A stretch of DNA of 63,218 nt, the filler included, from Saprolegnia diclina VS20 (taxonomy: Eukaryota): NCBI RefSeq assembly GCF_000281045.1. It is 3 parts of 2 records of this genome, joined end to end, with 100 filler letters (N's around TTAATTAATTAA, not from the genome) between each part and the next. Parts side by side here need not be neighbours in the genome. Positions count along the whole stretch, not along the records: positions 1 to 30,308 come from NW_008246189.1; 2 more parts are not named here. One strand, 5' to 3'. Position 1 is the stretch's first letter; each line of letters opens with the position of its first letter. The notes beneath the pieces are model-generated. The model had not been told where the DNA came from. It was given only the letters and a program-made list of their open reading frames with translations, and ran no database searches. A program made the position numbers and the translations under genes. Positions 11,533 through 21,765 of the stretch are shown here, in pieces.

Positions 11533-13444
11533 ATGTTTTCGCTGGAACTCCGCATCAGCGACGAGCTCGTCGGGCGCGTGGCCGTCGCCGTCAGCACCGA
11601 TGGCCTCGTCTTCCAGCATAAGCGCAAGTCGATGCGCCTTCCCGCTGAGAACATGGTCTCGTTGACGCGTGACGGTGACGCCGTGTACGAGGACGCCGTC
11701 CATGTGGCAACTCTAACCACTCTCTAGGGTCATTGCGACCACGCTCGCCCAGCGCGACCCGCTCCTCTTCCACTGCAGCGAGATTCTCGCGCACGAGAAG
11801 TTCTTTTTGACGCTACAGACGCAGCTGCCAGCGATTCCGTTTGAGCGCCGCCGGGCCAGCACGGCGCTCGAGCGTCGGTTGGCCAAGAAGCGCACGGCCA
11901 CGGACGCCTCGTCGTTCTACGGCCCGACGCAGGCGCCACTTACCGCGCAGCTCGGCGATGCATTCGGGCGAGAGCTCGAGTACCGGATCGAGCACTCGAT
12001 GCAGTGCCAGATCGACGGCATCGCGCGGCCCTACATGGCGTTCGCCTTGCAGCAGCCTGCGATGTCCTTTCTCGCCGCCTGCCGCGCCAAGCACCCCACC
12101 ACGACCGTAGGATGGTCTCAGCTACAAAAGGACCTTCACAAGACTACAGGCGCGACTCTACTCGTACGAGACCCCGGGAAGCCGCCGGTTCCTCGTGGCC
12201 GACGCCGCGCTCTTTTGCGAAAAGTACTTGGCGACGGCGCCGCATCACCGCCACGTGTACGAAATCATCCAAGAAAACCACCCGTGTCGTCTCTATTTCG
12301 ACCTTGGTAATTTTGTCTCTTTTCTAAAAATTTTACAAGTGAATTTCTAGAATTTACAAAGGCGTACAACCCGACGGTGACGGCGCCAGATACGCTCCTC
12401 GAATCGTTATTTCGGCTTTTGGCCCTTGCCTTTTATGTACGTCTTGGCTGTACTGAGACATGTTGTGTACAACCTGTCTATGTGTAGCGAGACTATGGTG
12501 TGCGGCTCGATCGCAGTGCGATAATAGACTTGGCGTCGTCGTCGGACGCCAAGTTTAGCCGCCATTGGGTCGTCGCGCCGACAGACGAATCGTGCAAACA
12601 TGTGCTCTTTGAAAATAACATTCACGCTGGCCACGTACGACAATATGTTCCACCTCGAGAGTGACACCAAGTGGTCTAGTTTATCAAGCGCTTGCTCGAA
12701 ACGTACCTCTCGGACGAGTCCCACCCGTTCTATGTGGTGAAAAAGGACGGCACCAAGCAGCTCTTTATCGACACGGGGGTCTACACCCGGTGGGTCCTCC
12801 GCCGCCTGCGATAGCTATCTGACGCTGAGGCTAGGAACCGCGCGTTCCGCCTCTGGCTCTCGTCCAAGTTCGGCTCGGACCGCGTGCTCACGCGCGGCGA
12901 AGAGGCTGGCGAGATGCCCGACGCCGCATTTCTCGAAGCTTCGTACATTTGTCCGACAGTTGCCGTCGGCGCACGCCTGCTCCAGTGCGATCCGCCAACG
13001 ACGAGCCGCCACACGGGGCGAGGCAGCTTCGCCCGCGCGAAAAGCGCGGTGCCGTCCGAGTACAAGTACGGACCATCGCCGTGGCCCGCGCTCGACGCGT
13101 TCGTTCGAGGCCAAGCCACGACCGGCGGCGTCCAAGGTGAGATTCGATCCTGGCAAATGCACCCCGACTACCCCCAGCGCATCACCTACCACATGGACCG
13201 GAACCGGTTCTGCGCGCGGATTGGCCGGCCGCACAAGAGCAATAATGTCATGTTTCTGGTGGACCGCACCGGTGGTGTTTACCACCAAAAGTGCCACGAC
13301 CCCGACTGCGCCGGCTTCCGGTGTGTTGATTTCGACAAGAAAAGGCAAAGCAGATGCAAAGGATGATGTAGGTCGACGGCACTGGCGCTGCCCGACGCGC
13401 TACGTCATCGTGTGGAACGACTCGGCGAACGAGAGGATGCTTGA
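11533..13444 (+). CDS. PRIMPOL: DNA-directed primase/polymerase PrimPol with an extra N-terminal module
   Basis: Motif A HVYEIIQENHPCRLYFDLEF (split by intron 12307-12350), motif B KFSRH, motif C LFIDTGVYTRNRAFRL, Zn finger RFCARIGRPHKSNN...QKCHDPDC. Confidence 0.93.
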
Positions 13445-14482
13445 CGTGTCGAGATGCGTGCCCGGCGCAGGCCCAAGGGCGCCCAGTACGGCCGCCTAGT
13501 CGCCCGTGAGCCGCTGGTGACGTCGCACTGCAATGTACCTTGGCCACGGCGTTGACAGGGCACGCCGCCTGCAGCTCGGCGCCGACGATCGGGATGCGTG
13601 ACACAAACGTCGAGACCGGACCGAGCTATAAGCATCAAACATGTTGACACCACGGTCGAATATGGAGCAGTACGTACGTCGCGCCCAATGAAGCGCATGG
13701 GCCCGCCCACGCACTGCAGCGGAAGGAGGTAGTTGCCGACGCGACGCGTGCCGTAGATCATGCCCGGGCGCAGGCAGACGCCGGTCGTTGGAAAGCTACC
13801 AAATACATGTCAACGCATGCCAGGTGACGGATCGCCTACTGGGCGGCAATGGCGTCTTCGACACGCTGCTTGCCGTTAAAGTACCCGTACAGCGGCGCCC
13901 ACGTCGGAATGTCCTTGCCCACGCGCGACTCGGAGATGAAGACGACGCGATCGACCTCTACGGACAAGGTGAGCGCGAGGATGGACGGCAACGGCCATAC
14001 CGCCGGCCTTGGCCGCGCGAACGACTTCAATGTTGGCGTCGCCGCACATCTTCTGCATGAATTCATTGCTGCCAAAGGCGCCGACCGTCGTAATGACGCC
14101 CGTGACCCCTACCACTGGTGTAAGCCCACGGCTCGTCCATGCGTTGTCTACCGTCCACGGCCTTGGCCAGATCGGTCGGCGAGAAGACGTCGCCTTGGAT
14201 CCATTCGACCTACATGGTAAGCAGATGTCAAGGTTGTGCTGTGGAGCATGCCATGGCGAAAGGCCATCGTACCTTGTCGACCCATGGCACTTGATCGCCC
14301 CACGTCGGCTTGCCCGATCGGTTCAAGCTGCGCACCTCGATACCCTTGGCGACGGCGCGCTGGAGGATGTTGCTGCCCACGAAGCCATTGCCGCCGACGA
14401 CGAGGAGCGTATGCTGGCGCGGGTTGTAGGCCATCGTCGAGTGCACGACGCGCTTCGTCGCTGTGGTGGCTGCCGGAAGCAT
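13400..14482 (-). CDS. Atypical SDR / NAD(P)-binding Rossmann protein, COQ11-like, multi-exon
   Basis: LLVVGGNGFVGSNI, RSLNRSGKP, GYFNGKQRVE, LRPGMIYGTR. Confidence 0.8.
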
Positions 14483-14983
14483 CTCGTTTTCAACTGCCGA
14501 TCCAGAGGTTGCAGCTCTGACGGCATATGATTGGACAAAAACTGACCAATCATACGCTAGTCAGGCTGTTAGCAAGTCTAAAATCACCCATTCGGATAGT
14601 TTTACTGCCTCTGTGGCTGGTCTGGTGATGGACGTTGAAGCTTGCAGGTCACGACAGGGCACGAAGCATCGACTTGAGAAGACTCTCTCTGAGGTCTCAT
14701 TTTGGCGCCGACGTGGGGGCTCAACGAGACTGTCGACGAGATGTATAAGTGCAAAGTTTTCACTGAAAAAGAATGTGCAACAAGCAGCCAACGAAACGAC
14801 CCTTGGAAGGCCAGTGATTTGGGTTCTCTACGTATCTGGCGACCGATCCTACGCCCACAAAGCACGCGGCTGAGCGCTGAAGGCGTGTATGTGTACGGAC
14901 GCCCACCACCAACAGCGCCATCCCACGCACGAACCTGCAGAATGAAGGCCCACGAAGTTCATAGGTATCTCAAGTTGCGTGAT

Positions 14984-15434
14984 TTAAGTCGAGGGTTCGT
15001 CGGTGATGGCTTGAAATTGGCGCCAAATGGCCTTGTCGACTTCTTCGCCAGCGCTCGACGCGACCATGTATTGCTGTAGCTGTAATTGACGGGCGTGGGT
15101 GGCTGCGGCATCCTGTGTGAACTGGTTGATCTCGCCTTGAACGATGGTTGGCGCCTCGGCCTCACGCGGCAGCGTCTGAAAAGCCTGCCACTCTAAAGCA
15201 TCATACATTTCAATTGATAGCGACAAGGGACGTCGTACGCTGCTTGGCTGACAGTGCTATTGGCAGTGAATCCACTGCTGGAGTGCTGGTTAGGAATTCA
15301 GGTGCCGGTCGATCGCGCAGAATGGCTGCCTGCGTGTGGCAGTCCAAGCACACATCACCGAGCTCGGTAATCCCCACGTCGCCACATCCCTTGAGGCACA
15401 TGGCAACGCGCACGAGCTTCTTCTTGGGAGGCAT
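14984..15434 (-). CDS. Small (~134 aa) protein with an N-terminal A20-type zinc finger, 2 exons
   Basis: CLKGC-x11-CLDC spacing; intron 15238-15193 (GTACG...TTTAG) joins two short ORFs in frame. Confidence 0.6.
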
Positions 15435-15601
15435 GGCGCATGCAGCTCACTCCTTCCGTCAATGGGCAATACGTGCTATTTATACTAGTACTCTGTTGTC
15501 TTGTAGCTTATTGGTTCCATTCAAATGAGACCAACCAACCACTAGTCTGAGTCTAGTCAGTGAAGTTGCTACTATGCAGCTCGAAGCATTTTTTACGACG
15601 T

Positions 15602-17226
15602 CTACAAGAGCCACGGGCAACTGTTGGCTCCCACAGTAATCCGGACCCCTTGACTGCTCTCGTTGGTGTTGAGGACGGTGCCGACAGCGACGCTGTGGAC
15701 TTGGGTCACGGACATGACGTGCCGCAAGTCGACGCACCGCAGCAAGCTGAGGCGGGCACTCGTGCGTCGGCCGTCGTCATCTTGATAGAACACAAAGCAG
15801 TCGGCACCGCGCTGGCTCATGCACACGTTCTTCTTGCAGCGTTTTCGGTGTGCAAAGAGCGCGTAGATGGAGCCGCCGCACACGACATCGGTGCCGCGGG
15901 CCATGGCCAGCCACATACAAAAGCGGTGTTTCCAGTCGTTGAACGAGGCCGAGGCAAAGGCGCGCTTCCGCTTAGCGCGGCGCCACGACGCGAGGCCAAA
16001 GCCAAAGAGAAGCGGAAGCTGACCGAGAAGCATCGTGTAGACAAACGCTGCGAGTGAAATCTCAAGGCCGCGCGCTTGCTGCTCGGCGTTGAGGAGACAG
16101 CTGAAGAGGAAATGGTACAAATCGATGAAGATGAGGAGACGGAACTGGAGGAAGGTAAAGGGACCCGCGACGAGAGCGACGCCCATGGCGGTCATGCTCG
16201 GGTCGACTTCGACAAACGCGTCTTCTTTGCCAAGCCGCTTGAGCAAAAGCGACGTGAGCGAGAGCGCACCGTAGGCAAACCAGACAGTGCGCGAGAGGTA
16301 GAAGCACGCAATGATAAAAATGAGCGCGTTGTCGGTCTGCGAGATGCGCAAGAAGGCGCGCGAGACGTACTCGGTACTGAGCCAAAAGTCCAGCACGAAC
16401 GCCGTCGCGATCCACGGATTGAGAAGAATGATACTTGTCGGGTCGCCAAGGACGAGCTCATAGACGCGGGCTTGCGTGGTCGGTAGCCCAAACTGCTCGA
16501 GATTGCTGTACAAGACAGCATACTGGCGGTAGTAATGGGCATACACACAGTACAAAATGTACAATGTCAAGAGACAGCGGCTAAGAAACTTGGCACACAG
16601 CCACGCCGTCGTGTACGTTGGCGTGTGGAACCCGATCCAAATGCACGAGACGTCCGTCGTGTTCTCGCCCCACGAGACCGAGTAGGACGTGGGCACGCCA
16701 AGGAGGCGGCCGGTGCTAATAAACGTAAAGTTGGCGAGCGGCGCGCGGTTGGCGAGCACGGCCAAGACATACGCGCGCTGGGCCGAGGTCTGAAAGGCCG
16801 CGTACGTCAAGTGGACGAGCGGTGCTTCCGAGATGTTGCGCACACCGGGTGCGATCGTGATGTTTTCCTGGATCACGTCAAAGTCTTCACCGAATGCGAC
16901 GCCGAATGCGGGCTGGCGCGCTGCAAAGTACGTCGCCCACCCGGCATGGCACAACTCGTGGCTCGCACTGCAGTTGGCAACGTAGTCCCAGACGTCGGAC
17001 CGGTCGTGCCACGGAAACGATTCCGAGACGTAGGCTTTGAGTGGCCTAGAAGGCAGTTCGCCTTGTTGATCAAAAGAGCGGATGCTTACATGACGGCGAG
17101 GTTGAAGACGAGGAGCAAGCTTGTGCACAGGGATCGCTTGTTGAGGACGACGCGACAGGGCAGCGTACTCGGCGCAGGCAGCGACGGGCCCACAGCAAAG
17201 GGCTGCACCCGCGTCGTCTGGGACAT
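15602..17226 (-). CDS. Multi-pass transmembrane protein of an oomycete-type family, unknown function
   Basis: ATG 17226; intron 17089-17046 gives FNLAVMPLKAYVSESFPW; LGDPTSIILLNPW motif; several TM helices; INR-like CTCATTC upstream. Confidence 0.8.
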
Positions 17227-17808
17227 TCAACGAGCCGCGATCGAGCAAGTGAATGAGTCGCTGTATAATTAGACTGCCGTTGGAAGGTGCTACGTGTACT
17301 CGGCTTGGTGGTCATCTTCGTTCGACATCTTGTCGACCGTCCAGCGGACAATTACTGATTCTGTCCCGACCTTTGGCAGCTGAATTCCCCAAGAAGGGCA
17401 ACGCTGGAGCCAACATTTCTTGAAGAGCCAATGATGCTACTTGGAGAAGCCGCTTTGGCGTCGGCGTGCACCGTCACAATTTCCTTCGACATCGTCAGAG
17501 GCCGATATCGTCTCGAGCCGTCCAACAGCTTCGTCCATGGCTATATGGTGGTAGCTGGGATCCAAGCACGAGAGCAAGCTCAGCTGCACGCTAATGGTTT
17601 GTGTATCGACCCCAACTATAATGTAGGAGTCGCTGCAGAGCTAGCTCGTGCACACGTTCGAGTGCAACCGGCGACTACGATCAAAAATGCGAGGTACCGT
17701 ACACCGCCAGCATTCGCCACCGAGCGGCCAAAACGACTTATTGGTTGCACCACCATGTATTGTGTTTGTAGAGTTCATTCGAGGTTAGCGAGGTGACCAC
17801 TCGATGGC

Positions 17809-18643
17809 TTAGCAGCAGCCGCCCTTGCTAGCGGCTGGTGTCGTGCCACTGAGGTCGATCGTGGCCGCCGGGACAAAGCTACGATGAGGTCAACAACCAA
17901 GTGCGAGAACGGTCATGTACATGTCGTCGTCTTGACCCTTTTGCAACGCGGTCTTGGCGATCGTCTGGAAAGCTTCTTCGACGCCGGTCGCTTCCTTGGC
18001 ACTCGTCTCAAAGAATGCAATGGGGTGCTGCGCGTTCTTGGCCTTGCACCACTGCTCAATCTTTTGCGTCACCACCTAGATATCGCATTCTGAGCTACGA
18101 CATCTTTGCGATCGATAGCGTACCCTTCGGTCCGCTTCCTGGTCGACTTTGTTGCCGAGGACGATGAACGGAAAGTTCTCCGGATCGCGCGGTCCTGCCT
18201 GGGCGAGGAACTCGTCGCGCCAGCTGTCGAGCTTGTCAAAAGACGTCGGATTCGTAATGTCGTAGACAAGCACGCAGGCGTCGGCGCCGCGGTAGAAGGC
18301 GACGCCGAGGCTCTGGAAGCGCTCCTGCCCGGCCGTGTCCCAGATCTGCATCGTCACGAGCTTCTCGTCGAGCATGATCTCCTTCGTGAGGAAGTCGGCG
18401 CCGATCGTCGCCTTGTACTGCGTGCTAAACTTCTGGTTCACATACTGGTTCATAAGCGACGTCTTCCCGACCCTACATGGCGCCATGAGATATATATCCA
18501 AGATACCTCAGAGGAAGCAGCACGCAGCTTGGGCCTGGAGCACCATGTCCATGGCATGCTTCTCCTCCTGGCATAAGCATATGCATGTACCCGCTGTCGC
18601 CGAGGATGATGACCTTGAGCAGGACCTTCTTGCGGTGCGCCAT
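17809..18643 (-). CDS. RAB7: Rab7 GTPase, multi-exon
   Basis: [66 protein letters not shown]-terminal GGCC. Confidence 0.98.
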
Positions 18644-19394
18644 GATCGTCCGTCGGTCGCCGAAAAAGAAATGCTTTGGATCTCGTCTTCTTCCTTTGCA
18701 GGATACTACTACTTTGTATGATATACCCAGTGCCAGTTGTTTCGATGATCCTCTGATATGCAATGTGTCCGTTATCATCCAAAGATAGAGGTTTTATTAA
18801 ATTTGGCATCTTGTGCCGCTTGACCTTGCCTCGTGGTGGGAAAGGACCTTATGCCGACGCTTGCAATAGGCTGCATCGCTATGATCATGCACGTGGGTCA
18901 TAAAACATGAAGCCAACATACGGGACTCCCTGCGTGTAGTCTTTTGGTGCTACCGATATGATTGCTTTGGATCTATGATCGGCATGCGCCGAATACAGAA
19001 GGTCTAACCGTAAACCGTATGCAGACCGTTTTAGCCGTAAACCGTTGAATGCATCTGGGAACGGGTGTGAGATCCAGCCGGTTGGCACGGTCAGCCAGGC
19101 TGCTTGAAGTTGGTCGCTCCACGGATCGAATCGTTGACTCTGGCTGATGGCGACAGCTCTGGGACTGTAATCGCGTCGATGGCCTTCTTCGACAGCGGTC
19201 GGTTCTAAGGCGTCGCGCTGGTCGCAGTGCAGACTTGTCTAATCGCTGGACGAAGCTTGGTGCTTCGCTGGTGCCTCTCGAAAGATACCACAGTTGCCAC
19301 ATCATCATCCGGCATCACCCACATGGCGCGATCGTCGTCAAGCGGCTTGGCCTCACACTTGGTTCGGTCGTTTCAAGGCGCAGTGTAATACAGT

Positions 19395-20855
19395 ATGGTC
19401 GCTCGCACACCATCGCCGTACGAAGGCATCCTCACGCGGCTCGTGGCGTTGCGCCAGCACTTCCACGAGCACCCGGAGCTCAGCTTCCAAGAGGTGCAAA
19501 CGCAGACGATGCTGCGCGACTTTCTGCTGGACGAGGCCAACGTGCCCGCCGACAACATCCGAGCGTGCGCTGGCACGGGTACGGCGACAAGAGTGCAGTG
19601 CTTCTGGTGTCATGACGCTTGTGTACGTAGGTCTGATCGTCGACTTTGACGGACCCGTCGACGCCTCGACGCCGCGCAGTGCGCTGCGCTGCATTGCCTT
19701 TCGCGGCGACATGGACGCGCTGCCGATCACGGAGCGCAACCCGCACTTGGCGTACGCGTCGACGGTGGCCGGTGCTGCGCACATGTGTGGCCACGACGGG
19801 CACATGACGTCGCTCGCGGGCCTCGCGTGGTTTCTACAGCGCGCGACGCTGCCGCCCAACACGCGCATTCGCCTTCTCTTCCAGCCCGCCGAAGAAGGCC
19901 ACTTTGGTATACCTCCATGCTCTTGATCCAAAATCTCAGCGCTCTCGTTTCGCAGGCGCCGTCCAAATGATCAAAGACGGGTGCCTCGATGGCGTCGACG
20001 AGGTGTACGGCTACCATAACGCACCGTTCCGCCTCGGGCACGTGCACGTCAAGCCCGGGCCCATCATGTCCCATGGCTCCAAGTTTGCCATCTCCGTGAC
20101 AGGCCCCGGCGGCCACGGGTCGGCGCCGCACGCTACGACGGTTCGCCTTGCTATCGGGTCGCATCGACTGCATTGGATCATTGGAGTAGGACCCGGTGCT
20201 TGCGGCGGGACACATTGTGGTCGCGATGCAGAGCCTTGTGAGCCGCAACATTCCGGCCGGCGAGAGTGCGATCGTGACGATCGCGACCATCCACGGCGGC
20301 GAAGCCGACAACGTCATCCCGTCGCACGTCACGATGACAGGCACGTACCGCGATTTCAACCCGGCAATGGCCGACATCATCGAGACGCGCATGCGCGGCA
20401 TCGTCGAGAACACGGCGGCGGCGTACGGCACCACCGGCCGCATTACGTTTGACGACTGCTACCCCGTGACCATCAACGCGCCCGACCAAGCCGCGATTGT
20501 CGCCGACGTAGCAGCGTGCGTGGTACACTCGGAATGCAGTAGATGCAAAATGTAGGAATGCGATCATGTGTAGGCCGGGAAGGGTTGCGTGAGCGACGAC
20601 GGCCTCCCGCTCTGTGCGTCGGAAGACTTTTCGTACTACCTGCAGCAGCGCCCAGGCTGCTTCTTCATGCTCGGGACCACCGTGGACGGCGAGGCCCAGA
20701 ACCGCCAGCTACACAGCGACACGTTCGACTTTAACGATGGCGTGCTGCCGCTTGCGATCCGCCTCTTCCTTGAGGTCGCCCAAAACCGACTGGGCGCTGC
20801 TCTCATGACACCCGAGGCTTTGTCGAGCATTTACGAGCCCAAGGGTGACTGCTAA
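19395..20855 (+). CDS. M20D amidohydrolase (ILR1/hippurate hydrolase-like), multi-exon
   Basis: HEHPELSFQE, FRGDMDALP, HMCGHDGH, FQPAEEG, GPGGHGSAPH, SEDFSYY. Confidence 0.93.
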
Positions 20856-21015
20856 TTCCTTGTTTCGGACAATAAGAGAGAATGTGATCAACACTGCGCG
20901 AGACTCTTGTGCTCCGTGGAATTATGCTGCGTCTTGACTTAACTTGGCTCTACATCAGGACACTCGCATGCTTTTGCGTCACTTCATAGAACGTCGGGCA
21001 ACCACGACGGTATCA

Positions 21016-21060
21016 ATCGAACCAAGGGTCAATAAACTGTCTATTGACCCTTGATCGAAC
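21016..21060. repeat. Perfect 12-bp inverted repeat (7-nt spacer) flanked by 7-bp direct repeats
   Basis: ATCGAAC-CAAGGGTCAATA-aactgtc-TATTGACCCTTG-ATCGAAC. Confidence 0.85.
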
Positions 21061-21765
21061 TCAAAACAGGTCAACAATGCCACGCAAGAGCTGCATCGCC
21101 AGCTCGACCTGGCACACGATCGCTGTTCTAACGCTATTAATATTTGAAGCACCGCCACTTGACAATACTATATAATAAAATAATTCATATAATTTATTTT
21201 ATTGGCTACCTTTACTGCCTTTTTAGCCAATGATATACGATGTTGCGCGAGCCAAATCGGCCCAACGGCGCTGGCAGGCAGCATGGTCGACCAAAACGCG
21301 TCGGAAAACAAACTCGCTCAAACTTGGCACAACGAAAGAGCATGTTCTGGGGACCACAAAATGCGATGCCACGCCGGCAGAGGAAGCATACAGCCAGAGC
21401 TACGGGTCCATAACTGTTTATATGTGGTATATGCCATATATAATCACATTTATACACATTTGAAACGGGGTCGCCACGTTGCTGCTCCTATGAGCGCTCT
21501 CGGCCCATGCATGACCTTCGAAGCGTTCTTTAAAGTGAGCCCATGCGTCAATCAATACCGAATCACATACTGGTAGTCCCGTGAAGGGTACATTGGTACT
21601 CGGACTACTCCTTGCGAAACGTTGCCGCGGCTCATGCACTTACAGAGCCCAGGTTTAACGCGTTATATACTACAACAAAATATTTAAATTAATCTTGATA
21701 TTAGTATTGTGATGCATTAAATATTCATCGGGATCTTCGATTGGTGCATCGGAATCCAAGATAAC

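Noticed and set aside
21159..21176. TTGACA...TATAAT as a bacterial sigma70 promoter
   Set aside because: Spacing is only ~6 nt and the context is eukaryotic and AT-rich
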